Source: the human T2T-CHM13v2.0 reference genome, Homo sapiens
Assembly: GCF_009914755.1 (NCBI RefSeq)
Contig: NC_060926.1
Length of the DNA stretch: 64,000 nt
Strand: one strand, 5' to 3'
The notes below the pieces were generated by a model. It had not been told where the DNA came from, did no database searches, and worked only from the letters and a program-made list of their open reading frames with translations. Shown piece after piece: positions 13,550 through 25,939 of the stretch. A program made the translations under genes and the position numbers. Positions within the stretch are counted from its first letter, which is position 1; each line of letters starts with the position of its first letter.

Positions 13550-15300
13550 GGGATAAAAAGATTTTAGCTTAAAGTTTATGATGAATTGCTAACAGCTCAG
13601 TGTGAACTTACCTGAAAGTATAGGAGCCCCTGGGAGCCACAGACATAAAGAGTGTTTGTACAACTTCACAGGCTCTTCTCCACCACCATCACCACGTACT
13701 AACTAATGAGAGAGTATAATGCCAAAGGGGCAGGGCGAGAGACCACAGAAAACTTCCCTTGGCCCATGTGCTTGGGAGACTGGAGGGGTAGCCTCCACTG
13801 CCGGAGAGGCAAAAAGCCCCATCTAGATCCTTTCCCGCTATCTCTCTTACCGAATAAATGCCTTAAGAGCATGGGGAAAAGGCAGGGCACAGGTAGGGCC
13901 CAACTGCAGCTAGGAGAAGCAGACAGGAAAACAAAACCAAAAACTCGTACCACTGGGAAAGGAGGAAGGAACCATCCTGGGCTCTGACCATTCAAGATCT
14001 CTTACGACTGAGGGAAAGGCAGAAAACTTTTTCCCCACAAGATCTACCAAAGGTATAAGGCTATCATACGGATAGCAGGGAGTATGGATATCATATGAAA
14101 GAGGGGCAGAATCATTTGGAAAATTCCACTCTTGAGACCCAGGTTCACAGGGCCTGCCTAAGACTAGGAATAAAAAAAGGACAACAGAAAAGGCCCTTTT
14201 ATCTCAGCCCCAACACCAGGCTAGCTAGCATTAAGTATCAAGTAAAAGTAGTCTACCACTGAAGGAGGGGCAAGGACAGAGAGAAAACCTACTCAAAGTT
14301 ATGGGCTCCTAGGGAAGACCAAAAGTTGAGGCAGAACATGATCATTGAGAAATATCCGAAAGATTCAACCCCCAACTTAACTACAAGATAGCCCTGGAGG
14401 AAATTTGAAGACTGTAGTACAATGAAGGTAACCACAGCAAAACAAACAAACCCATTTCAACTTCTGCCTACACTGACTTAACGTACCCCACCACAACAAT
14501 AGAGAGGCATGCCCATTACTCAGGCATAAATACAATTTACCAGCATCTCTATTGTCCTAAACACAATGCCTGGTTTCAATCAACCAAAAATTATAAGACT
14601 ATAAAAAAAAAACCCACTGTTAAGAAGCAAAGGAGATGTGATCCAATTGTTGAAACAGTCAGACAAAGAATTTAAAATAAATTACTGTATTAAAAGTTCT
14701 AGTGGAAAATGTGGACAACATGCATGGACAAATGGGAAATTTTAGCAGAGTGATGAAAACTAATAGAAAGACCCAAATAGAAATGCAACAGTGAAAAATC
14801 ATAAGTGATGAAGAATTTCTTTCCCAGGTTCCTCAGTAGATTCAACATTGCCAAGCCCATGGAGGAAAAACAATTAATGAACTTAAAGATGAGTAAATAC
14901 AAGTCACCCTATCTGAAATATTAAAGGAAAAAATAATTAAAAATACAGAGCAGAACATCTAAGAGCTATGAAACAATATCAAGAGGTCTAACACATGTGT
15001 AATTGGAATCCCAGTGTACACAAGAAAGAATAGGGAATGAGAAATATTTGAAGAAATAATGGCCAACATTTTCCAAAAATAATAAAAAAAATCAGACTAC
15101 AGATTCAAGAAACTCAGAGAACACTATGAATCACCATCCTACCGCCACTTAAAAACCCTTCACTTGGACACATCATATTCAAACCACTGAAAAACAAAGA
15201 TAAAGTGAAAATCTTGAAGGCAGTCAGAAAAAAACACATATTACATGAGGAAGAATGAAGATAATAATTACAGCATATTTCCTTTCTGAAACTATGCAAA
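13550..15300 (+). mobile_element. Old L1M 5'UTR and ORF1 fragment
   Basis: ORF1-like gtaattggaatccca, aaatatttgaagaaataatggcc, cagattcaagaaactcagagaac and aaaatcttgaaggcagtcaga. The left boundary is approximate. Confidence 0.7.
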
Positions 15301-15930
15301 CCTCATAGGATGAGTTGGAAAGTATTCTCAGCTCTTGTATTTTATGGAAAAGTTGGTAGAAGAATAATATTACTTCTTTAAATACTTGACAGTGACACTG
15401 TCTGGAATGGGAGAATTCTTTGTTGAAAAAGTTTTACTATGAACTTAATTTTAAAAATAGATATAGGACTATTCATGTTGTTTTTCTTGAGAAAATTCTT
15501 AAGCCTTCAGAATTTGTATCTGTACACAATGGACTCTGAGGACGGGGGAAAGGGTGAGAAGTGGGTGAGGGATAAGAGACTACAAATTGGGTTCAGCCTG
15601 CACTACTCAGGTGATGGGTACACCAAAATCTCACAAATTGCTAAATACTGCCTATTCCCCAAAAACCTATGGAAATTAAAAAAAAAAAAAATTTAAAGAA
15701 GATTAATTAAAAAAGAAATTTGTAAAGAAATTTGTTCATTTCATCCAATTTGTCAAATGTATTGCCATAAAGTTTCTTATAAAATTTATTTATTATCCTT
15801 TTACTGACTTCATGGTCTGCAGTTCTCTCTTTCATTTCTATATTGTTGGTTTGCCATCTTTTCTCTTTTTCTTTGGTCAGTCTGGTTAAAGACATCAATT
15901 TTATTAACCTCCTCAAAAACCAAAGTTTTA
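15301..15930 (-). mobile_element. Old L1M ORF2 fragment (antisense), interrupted by an L1PB 3' end
   Basis: cctcataggatgagttggaaagt is antisense ORF2; minus-strand ORF 15707-15916 (YKKLYGNTFDKLDEMNKFL) is ORF2-like. Confidence 0.75.
15522..15695 (+). mobile_element. Short L1PB-like 3' end with A tail
   Basis: gtgagggataagagactacaaattggg...caccaaaatctcacaaat...aaaaacctatggaaattaaaaaaa. Confidence 0.8.
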
Positions 15931-15939
15931 GATTAGTTG

Positions 15940-16800
15940 AACCAGGTTGTATTCAAAGGGAGGGTTAGAAATAGCTTACTCTGATGAGGGAACAATGAAG
16001 CTGAAACTTGAGAGAGGCAATGAGTGCAAGTGTCCTAAAATGAATAAGAAATTGGGGAGTTCTAGGAACAATTATTTAAAAAAAGAAAGAAAGCAACAAC
16101 AACAACAATGTGGGTGGAGTGTGGAAACAAGAGAGGAGACTGTTGCAATACGAGGCCTGGTAGGAAAACAGAGGCTATACGACACTGTTATATATGGTAA
16201 GGATTATACGGTAAGGATTTACATAGGAATTTATACTGAAAGCAAATGGAAGACACTAATGGGTATTACATAGCAGAGTAACATGATAAGTTCATTTTGA
16301 AAAGCTCAGTCTGGCAGTAGGATGGGAAATGAACTGAAGTTGAGGAGTAGAAATGGAGAAGAATAATTAGATGCTTGTTACAGCAATTTAGGTGGGAGTA
16401 GGAATTTAGACTGGAAGGTGGCAAAGAAATTGAAAGATTCAAATGCTGATAAGTAATGATTGATTTATGATTGACTTATTGATTTATTTTTTATTTGTGG
16501 TAATAAATAGGACATTTATTTAGCACTTATTACATACCAGGAATTATTCTAAGCATTTTATGTGAGTTAATACAAGACCATGCAACTAGTACTAGAAAGA
16601 GCAGGGATGAAAGCCAGGCATAGCCTATGCTCTAAGTTCTTGCTCTTACTGCCTCTCAGATGTTAGGATTAAAGAAAGGAGAAAATATAAGGATGAATCT
16701 CTGGTTTCTGTGTTAAGTGACTGGGTACTAATTACTGAAATAAGAAACATGAGAGAAAAACCATGTTTTGGAAAGAAATAATAAATTCAGCTTTAGATAA
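15940..16800 (-). mobile_element. L2 (with possible MIR) fragments
   Basis: Purine-rich antisense L2 motifs gcaaatggaagacactaatggg and ctggtttctgtgttaagtgactggg. Confidence 0.55.
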
Positions 16801-17260
16801 AACCAAGAGAGACATTTTATCACAATCTTAATAAATCCAAATCTGCAAGGACAAATGAGGAACTCCTCTTTATGGTGTCATGGTAAAGAGTTCATTCATA
16901 TACCCTGGAAATTATTAAAGGACATTTAGTTAAATATAAACATAAACACTGTCATGTCCCACATAATGACATTTCAGTCAACAGTGGACCACACATACTA
17001 TGGTGGTCCCTGTAAAGTTATTATGGAGCTGAAAAATTTCTATCACCTAATGATTTCTTAGCCATGGTAACCTTGTAGCCCAGGGCATTACTCACATGTT
17101 TGTGGTGATGCTGGTGTAAACAAACCTACTGTGCTGCCAGTCATATTAAAGTATAGCACATACAATTATGTATAGTACATAATACTTGATAATGGTAATA
17201 AATGACTATGTTACTAGTTTATGTATTTACTATACTATTAATCTTTATTTTAGAGTACAC

Positions 17261-17850
17261 TCCACTAGTACAACCACTTTGGAAAACAGTATGGAAATTC
17301 CTTAAACAACTACAAGTAGAATTACCATTCCATTCAGCAATCCCACTGGGCACCTACCCAAAGGAAAAGTCATCATATGAAAAAGAGATATGCACACACA
17401 TGTTTATAGCATCACAATTCACAGTTGTAAGGATATGGAACCAGCCTAAGTGCCCATCAACCAAGGAGTGGATAAAGAAAATGTAGTACATATTCACTAT
17501 GGAATACTATTTGGCCATAAAAAGGAATGAAAAGTCTTTTGCAGCAACTTGAATGGAGCTGGAAGCCATTATTCTAAGTAACTCAGGAATGGAAAACCAA
17601 ATACCCTATGTTCTCACTTAAAAGTGGGAGCTAAATTATGAGGATGCAAAGACATAAGAATGATGTGGACTTTGGGAACTGAGGAGAATAACAGTCAGAG
17701 GGGAGTGAGGGATAAAAGACTACATATTGCATGTATACTGCTCAGGTGAATGTTTGCACCAAAATCTCAGAAATCGCCACTAAAGAACTTATCCATGTAA
17801 CCAAAACCACCTGTACCCCAAAGCTATTGAAATAAAAATAATTTTTTTAA
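17261..17850 (+). mobile_element. L1PB-like 3' end nested in Tigger3b
   Basis: ORF 17202-17486 ends in the ORF2 C-terminus (QPLWKTVWKFLK...WNQPKCPSTKEWIKKM), followed by the L1PB 3'UTR and an A-rich tail. Confidence 0.88.
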
Positions 17851-18057
17851 AAACAATTATACGCCTAATACTTTAAAAAAAAAAGTTAACTGTGAAACAG
17901 CCTCAAGAAGGTCTTTCAGGAGGCATTCCAGAAGAAATCATTGCTATCACAGGAGATGACAGCTGCATGCGGGTTATTCCCCCTGAAATGGGGATGCAGA
18001 GGTAGAAGACAGTGATATCAATGATTTTGACCCTCTGTAGGCCTAGGCTGATGTTGT

Positions 18058-18058
<1 letters not shown>

Positions 18059-18102
<44 letters not shown>
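18059..18102. repeat. (TG)~21 microsatellite
   Basis: Direct reading. Confidence 0.95.
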
Positions 18103-18105
<3 letters not shown>

Positions 18106-18829
18106 AACAAAAAAAAAAATTTTTAAGTGAAAAATAAAAATAGAAATAGAAAAATAAAAAAACTTACAGAATATGGATATAAAGAAAGAAAATATTTTGG
18201 TATAGCTATACAATGTGTTTGTGTTTTAAACTAAGTGTTATTATAAAAATGTCAAAAAGTTTAAAAAATTAAACATAAAGTGAAAAAGTTATAGTAAGCT
18301 ATTTATTACTGAAGAAAAACAATTCTATAAACTTAGAGTAGCCTAAGTGTACAGTGTTTATAAGTCTCCAGTAGTGCACAATAATGTCCCAGGCCTTCAC
18401 ATTCATTCACCACTCACTCACTGACTCACCCAGATCAACTTCCAGTCCTGCAAGCTCCATTCATGATAAGTACCCTACAGACGTACCATTTTTTACCTTT
18501 TAAACCATATTTTTATTGTACCTTTTTATGTTTAACAATGTTTAGATGTGCAAATACTTGCCATTGTGTTACAATTGCCTAGAATATTCAGTACATCAAC
18601 AGATTTGTAGCTGGGAGCAATAGGCCACATCACATAACCTAGGTGTTTAGTAAGCTACACCATCTAGGTTTGTGTAAGTACACTCTATGATGTTCACACA
18701 ATAACTAAATCACCTAATGACACATTTCTCAGAACATATTCCCATCATGAAGTGATATAAGGTTGTAATTAATTATAGATATAGATGTAGATAAATTACC
18801 AAGGGTAAACAAAAAAAATGCTTCTTTGG

Positions 18830-21800
18830 AGTTTCAGTTTTGGTAGCTTATATAGCACTAGTCTTCTTGCAATTATAAACTCTGGACAAAATATTTTAAA
18901 AATTTTGAAGGTAATGGGGAGTGACCAAAAGAAGGTAGAAATTGAAGGGGGTATGACCTTTGAAAAACTGGAACCATATTAAATGAAATATATGCTTAAT
19001 AAGCTTATCATCTGAGTTAACTCCTCAGGTCCACACTGCACATGATGTCTAGAAATGAAGCAGAAAGGTACAGTCTTTTAGGTATAAAGAGTCTGAAAAA
19101 GGTGAATGGTACTTCCGGAAAAGTTATAAAACTGGGGAGACATTTTAGAAAGAAAGAATAAAAATGGAAAGCTTTAAAATTGCAAATAAATTATCTCCAA
19201 ACCCTGAAAGATGCCTAAGCTGTGCATAGTTGAAACGCCAAAGAGTTCAAGGGTAAATAATATTTGTAAGTCTGAAAGGTGTAACCAGAATTTTCAGCTG
19301 CTGCCCAACACAGGAAAGAGAGAGATTTGGATGCACATCCTTCTAAGTCAGAGGGTCTTGGTAAACACCTTGGTCTTTCTATTGAAATCCCAGAAGAGCC
19401 ATGTCTCAGAGTAAAAACTACTTTCCCAAAACTAAGGAATTCCCTGTAGGACTAAGGAAAATACAAAAAATAGACCTACCCTCGAAAAGAGAAACCAAGC
19501 CTCCACTTACTGAAATAACCTGCCAGTAATTTAGCTGCATACTAGAATATAAATTAACACTCTTCAGAGAAAAATAAAAAATCCAACATCTCAACAATGC
19601 ATTGCCCAGAGTATCCAAAATATAATAAAAATCACTATATAGGAAAATATGACCTGTAGTCAAGGGAAAAGTCAGTTAAAAGAAATTTACCAAAAAATGG
19701 ACAAGGAAGTTAAAATAACTATGATTAATATGTTACAGTGTATAGGGCATATAATATAATGGGTGAAACTACGGGGAATTTTAGAAGCAATTTGGAAAAG
19801 TTACAAAAAATATAAATAACTGAAAAAATATAGTATATTAAATAAAATAATATTATATGAGATTAATAGCTGATTGAACAGAATGAAATAATACATCAGT
19901 AAACTTAAAGACAAAATAAAGCACAGAAAGAAAAGAAAATTAGAAAAAGTTGAACAATGCATCAAAAGCATCTAATATATGTGAGTTTCAAGAAGTCTAA
20001 TATATGTGATTGCAGCCAGAAAAAAAGATGTGAGAGAGAGGATGGGGTAGAAAAAAATGAAGAACTAATAGCTAATTTTTTTTCCAACTTTGATTCATGA
20101 AAAATGTCAGCACACAGATCCAAATAACTGAAAAATTTTCAAGCAAGATAAACCTCTAGCTTGACTCTCTGATAGTGGGGGGAAAAGAAATAAAATAAAT
20201 ATTAGCAATAAAAAAAGATCTACCAGATACTAAAAAGATAAAAAAAAATTCTAAACAACATTATGCTAATAAATTCACCAATCTAGATAAAATGAATTTT
20301 TAAAAAACAAAAATTTGTGTTCAAAAGTGCTAAAAGAAAATAGAAAATCTGAATAGTCCTCTATCTAATATAAAAATGAAACTCATGATTAAAAACCTTC
20401 CTATAAAGAACACTAGGAGCCCAAATGACCTCGCTAGTGAATTATATCAATGAGGTAAGGAAAAATTATACCAATGTTACACAAACTCTTTAAGAAATGA
20501 AAGAAAGTGGGACCAGTTCTCAACTAATTTTATGAGGCCATCATAATCTTTACAACAAAACCAGACAAGAATCATTGCTAAAAAATAAATTACAGAACAA
20601 TATTTCCCATAAATGTTGATGCAAAAAATAGTTTTATATATAATACAATTTTTATTTTATATATACTTGATTTACTAATATTATTAGTAAATATTAGTAA
20701 TATTAGTAAATATATATTAGAGATATATAAATTAGTATATATACTAATATAAATAGATACATATTTATTTATACATATTCTAATATAGAGAGATACACAT
20801 CTATTTATATTACTATATATTACTATTTATATGATATTACTATTTATTACTATTTCTATTATTATTTATAGGTATATGTATATATAGTCATATAGTATAT
20901 ATAGTATTTATAGGTATATGTATATATAGTAATATATATCTATATTACTATATTATCTTACTATATATCTATATTACTATATATACACATACTAATATAT
21001 ATTTATATTACTATATATTACTATTTATAGTATTACTATTTATACTATATTACTATTTATTACTATTTACATTACTACATATACTTATATATATGTATAT
21101 CTATATCCCTCCCAGTGGGATTTAATCCAAGAATGTAAGGTTGGTTCAATATTCAAAAAAATCAACAAACATCACAATCGATGTGGAAAAGCTAATGCAA
21201 ATTTTGACGCCCATTCATGATTAAAACTCTCAGCAAACTAGTAACAAAAGGAAATTTCCTCAGTCTAATAAAGGAAAAGGCATCTATGAAAAACCTATAA
21301 CTAACATTATACTTAATGATTAAAGACTGAATGCTTTCCCCCTTCTAAGATTAGTAAAAAAGTAAGCATGTTCACTCTCACTACTTTTATTAAACATTGT
21401 ACCAGAGGCCCTTGGCAATGCAATAAGTTAAGAGAAAGAAATAAAATGCATAAACACTGGAGTGGAAGAAATAAAATTGTCCTTATCTGCAGACAATATA
21501 ATTGTATACATAAAAATTGCTAAGTAATCCAAAATAATCTATTAAATCTAGTAAGAAAATTTAGTATATTTGCAGGATACAAGGACAATAAAAACCATTG
21601 TGTTTCTATATACTAGCAACAACAAATGAAAAATGAAATTCAAAAGCACCATTTATAATAGTATCAAAAAACCATAAAATACCCAGGAATAAGTTGAATA
21701 TAAGCTGTCCAACACATTTACTCTGAATACTACCAAATAATGTTGAGAGAAATTAATGAAGACTCAAATAAATAGTGAGATGACCCATGTTTATTGATTG

Positions 21801-23418
21801 AGATAAATAGTATTAAGATGTAACTTCTCACTAAATTGATCTTTAGATTCACGGAATCTCAATAAAAATCCTAACAAGTTTTTGTAGAAACTGACAAGCT
21901 AATTTTCAAAATTTATGTAAAAATGAAAAGAGCTAAGATAGCCAAAACATCTTGAAAAAGTAGAATAAAGCTGGAAGACTTACACTATCTAATTTCAAGA
22001 TTTACTACTATAAAGCTACAATATCAAATAAGTGTTGCAATGACATAAGAATAGACAAATATATAAGAGTCTTGAAAGAGACCCACCATCTTATGGTGAA
22101 CTGGTTTTTACGTATGTGCCAAAACAATATATTTGGTGGCCAAAGGAAAGTCTTTTCAACAAATGGGACTGAAACAATCGTGTATCCATATAGGAAGAAA
22201 ATTGATCCTTGACTCCTACTTCAAACTCTACATACAAATTATTTTGAGATGAATCATTGACATAACATTAAAGATAAAACTATAATGCTTTTATAAAAGA
22301 AATTGCCTTATATTTTCACAAACATAAGGTAGACAAAAAATTTTCACACAAGACAGATAGAATGGACCAGAGGAAATTTTGAAAAATGAGAATTCATCAA
22401 AATTCAAAATTGCTCATCAAAAGACATTACTAGTAAAATGAATAAGCTAGCCACAGACAGGGTAAAAGAATTCATAATACCTACGTATTATGAATTTAGG
22501 AAATTTCATAATATGAATTTAGGATTTCATAATTTCATAATTCATAATTTCATAATTTATGAATTCATAACATGAATTCATAATTTCATAATTATGAATT
22601 TAGGATTGTATTTAGGAAATTTCTAAAACTTGTACAGCCCAGTAATAAAACAGGCAACCAAATAAAAACAATAGGGAAAGACACTTCATAAAAGATATAA
22701 AAATAACCAACATGTACATAAAATGTTTTCAACATTATCAGTTGCCAGGAAAATGCAAATTAAAACTACAATAAACTATTCCTGCCTATCTGCCACAATG
22801 GCTAAAATTAAAAGATTTGTCTACCAAGTATTAGTTATGCTGTAAAACAACTGATACTCTAATATGTGGCAGGTAGAAGTGAAAAATGGCATCATCACTT
22901 TGGAAAAGTATTTGGTAATTTTTTATAAAGGTAAACATATACAACCCAGTGACCCAACCATTCTACTTCCAGCTATTTACCCAAAAGAAATGAAAACTTA
23001 TTTCTACAAAAGTTTGTACAGAAATGTTTATAGCAACTTTATTTATAACAGGCCAAACTGGAAATAGCCAAAATGCCTATGAACAAGCAAAAGGTTAGCA
23101 AACTGATACACTCATGCCATAAGAAGAAACAAATCACTGACACAGGCAACATGGATGAATCTCAAAATCGTGTTGAAAGAAAAAAGCCCAACAAAAAGTA
23201 TGATTCCATTTACCTAAAGTTTCAGAAGAGGCAAAACAAAAATCTGATGATAGAAATCAGAATAGTAGTTGCGTGGGGTGACTGGAAGGGAGAATGGAGA
23301 GTGATGGGAAACGAATCACAAGGGAGCTTGCTGGGGTGATGGAAATGATCTAAATCTTAATTGAGTTGTTATTATATGGGTACACATTCATCAGTCTTTG
23401 AACTCTATCATTAGTATC
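18830..23418 (+). mobile_element. Old, internally deleted L1M (5' region, part of ORF1, ORF2, 3'UTR); resumes after the provirus at 29733-29780
   Basis: ORF2-like aattttatgaggcca, tcttatctgcagacaatata and ORF 22864-23067 (LPAIYPKEMKTY). The 3'UTR ggtgatggaaatgatctaaatctt continues as tatgcatttatagtg beyond the HERV-H. Confidence 0.8.
20632..21105. repeat. AT-rich low-complexity / degenerate (TATTAC/TA)n tract inside L1 ORF2
   Basis: About 470 bp, nearly all A/T, with recurring tattactatat units. Confidence 0.9.
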
Positions 23419-23870
23419 TGTCAGGCCTCTGAGCCCAAGCCAAGCCATCGCATCCCCTGTGACTTGCACCTATATGCCCAGATGGCCTGAAGTAACTGAA
23501 GAATCACAAAAGAAGTGAAAATGCCCTGCCCCGCCTTAACTGATGACATTCCACCTCAAAAGAAATGTAAATGGCTGGTCCTTGCCTTAAGTGATGACAT
23601 TACCTTGTGAAAGTCTTTTTCCTGGTTCATGATGGCTCAAAAACACCCCCACTGAGCACCTTGCGACCCCCACCCCTGCCCACCAGAGAACAAATCCCCT
23701 TTGACTGTAATTTTTCTTTATCTGCCCAAATCTTATAAAACGGCCCCACCCCTATCTCCCTTCGATGACTGTCTTTTCAGACTCAGCCTGCCTGCCCCCC
23801 TGTGAAATAAACAGCCATGTTGCTCACACAAAGCCTGTTTGGTGGTCTCTTCACACGGATGCGAGTGAAA
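23419..23870 (+). promoter_or_regulatory. 5' LTR7 (452 bp)
   Basis: TATAAAA at 23734-23740, CCCCACCCC KLF-type box just after it, ACAAAAGA at 23506, AATAAA near the end. Confidence 0.93.
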
Positions 23871-23872
23871 TT

Positions 23873-23890
23873 TGGTGCTGTGACTCAGAT
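23873..23890 (+). other. Primer-binding site, tRNA-His
   Basis: TGGTGCTGTGACTCAGAT versus canonical TGGTGCCGTGACTCGGAT (two CpG-type transitions). Confidence 0.9.
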
Positions 23891-24013
23891 CAGGGGACCT
23901 CCCTTGGGAGATCAATCCCCTGTCCTCCTGTTCTTTGCTCGGTAAGAAAGATCCACTTATGACCTCAGGTCCTCAGACCGACCAGCCCAAGAAACATCTC
24001 ACCAATTTCAAAT

Positions 24014-24022
24014 CCGGTAAGC
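24014..24022 (+). promoter_or_regulatory. HERV-H leader major splice donor
   Basis: CCG|GTAAGC about 145 nt after the 5' LTR, at the position of the known HERV-H donor. Confidence 0.75.
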
Positions 24023-24899
24023 GGCCTCTTTTTACTCTCTTCTCCAACCTCCTTCACTATCCCTCAACCTCTTTCTCCTTTCAATCTCGGCACCACACTT
24101 CAATCTCTCCCTTCTTTTAATTTCAATTCCTTTCATTTTCTGGTAGAGACAAAGGAGACACATTTTATCCGTAGACCCAAAACTCCGGCGCTGGTGATAG
24201 ACTGGGAAGGCAGCCTTCCCTTGGTGTTTAATCATTGCAGGGACACCTCTCTGATTATTCACCCACGTTTCAGAGGTGTCAGACCACGCAGGGACGCCTG
24301 CCTTGGTCCTTCACCCTTAGCAGCAAGTCCCACTTTTCTGGGGGAGGGGCAAGTACCCCAACCCCTTCTTTCTGTGTCTCTACCCCTTTTCCACCTTTCT
24401 GGGGGGCAAGAAACCCCCAACCCCTTCTCCTTCACCCTTAGCGGCAAGTCCTGCTTTTCTAGGGGAGGGGCAAGTACCCTAACCCCATATATCTCTGTGC
24501 CCCGATCCCTTATTTCTGTGCCCCAACCTCTTATATCTCTGTGCCCCAATCCCTTATTTCTATGCCCCGACCTCGTATCTCTGTGCCCTGACCCCTTTCC
24601 CACTTTTCTGGAGGGTAAGAACCCCCAAACCCCTTCCCTCCATGTCTCTACTCTCTCTTTTCTCTGGGCTTGCCTCCTTCACTATGGGCAACCTTCCACC
24701 CTCCATTCCTCCTTCTCCCTTTGCCTGTGTTCTTAAGAACTTAAAACCTCTTCAACTCTCAAATGACCTAAAATCTAAGCATCTTATTTTCTTCTGCAAT
24801 GCCACTTGACCCCAATACAAACTCGACAGTAGTTCCAAATAGCCAGAAAATGGCACTTTCAATTTTTCCATCCTGCAAGATCTAAATAATTCTTGTCAT

Positions 24900-25899
24900 A
24901 AAATGGGCAAATGGTCTGAGGTGCCTGACGTCCAGGCATTCTTTTACACATTGGTCCCTCTCTAGTCTCTGTTCCCAATGCAACAGATCCCAAATCTTCC
25001 TTCTTTCCCTCCCACCTGTCCCCTCAGTCCCAACCCCAAGCATCGCTGAGTCTTTCTAATCTTCCTTTTCTACAGACCCATCTGACCTCTCCCCTCCTCC
25101 CCAGGCTGCTCCTCGCCAGGCCGAGCTGGGTCCCAATTCTTCCTCAGCCTCCGCTCCTCCACCCTATAATCCTTTTATCACCTCCCCTCCTCACACCTGG
25201 TCCGGCTTACAGTTTCATTCCATGACTAGCCCTCCCCCACCTGCCCAGCAATTTACTCTTAAAAAGGTGGCTGGAGCTAAAGGCATAGTCAAGGTTAATG
25301 CTCCTTTTTCTTTATCCCAAATCAGATAGCGTTTAGGCTCTTTTTCATCAAATATAAAAATCCAGCCCAGTTCATGACTCCTTTGGCAGCAACCCTGAGA
25401 CACTTTACAGCCCTAGACCCTAAAAGGTCAAAAGGCCGTCTTATTCTCAAAATACATTTTATTACCCAATCTGCTCCCGACATTAAATAAAATTCCAAAA
25501 ATTAAATTCCGGCCCTCAAACCCCACAACAAGATTTAATTAACCTCGCCTTCAAGGTATACAATAATAGAAAAAAGTTGCAATTCCTTGCCTCCACTGTG
25601 AGACAAACCCCAGCCACATCTCCAGCACACAAGAACTTCCAAATGTCTGAACCGCAGCGGCCAGGCATTCCTCCAGAACCTCCTCCCCCAGGAGCTTGCT
25701 TCAGAAATCTGGCCACAAGGCCAAGGAATGCCTGCAGCCCAGGCTTCCTCCTAAGCTGCGTCCCATCTTTGTGGGACCCCACTGGAAATTGGACTGTCCA
25801 ACTCACCTGGCAGCCACTCCCAGAGTCCCTGGAACTCTGGCCCAAGGCTCTCTGACTGACTCCTTCCCAGATCTTCTCGGCTTAGCGGCTGAAGACTGA
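24900..25899 (+). pseudogene. gag: HERV-H gag remnant
   Basis: Degenerate, frameshifted zinc knuckles: GACF / QKSGHKAKEC and PIFVGPHWKLDCP. Confidence 0.75.
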
Positions 25900-25939
25900 C
25901 ACTGCCTGATCGCCTCGGAAGCCCCCTAGACCATCACGG

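Larger units (their letters stand above)
16949..18765 (-). mobile_element. Tigger3b-like (TcMar-Tigger) DNA transposon, interrupted by an L1PB and a (TG)n tract
   Basis: Ends ctgtcatgtcccacataatgac and catttctcagaacatattccc; internal cactcactcactgactcacccag and ctaggtttgtgtaagtacactctatgatgttc. Confidence 0.85.

Noticed and set aside
24194-24736. 180-aa ORF and overlapping ORFs in the HERV-H leader
   Set aside because: They derive from C/T-rich leader repeats that are poor in stop codons; non-ATG start and no domain motif.
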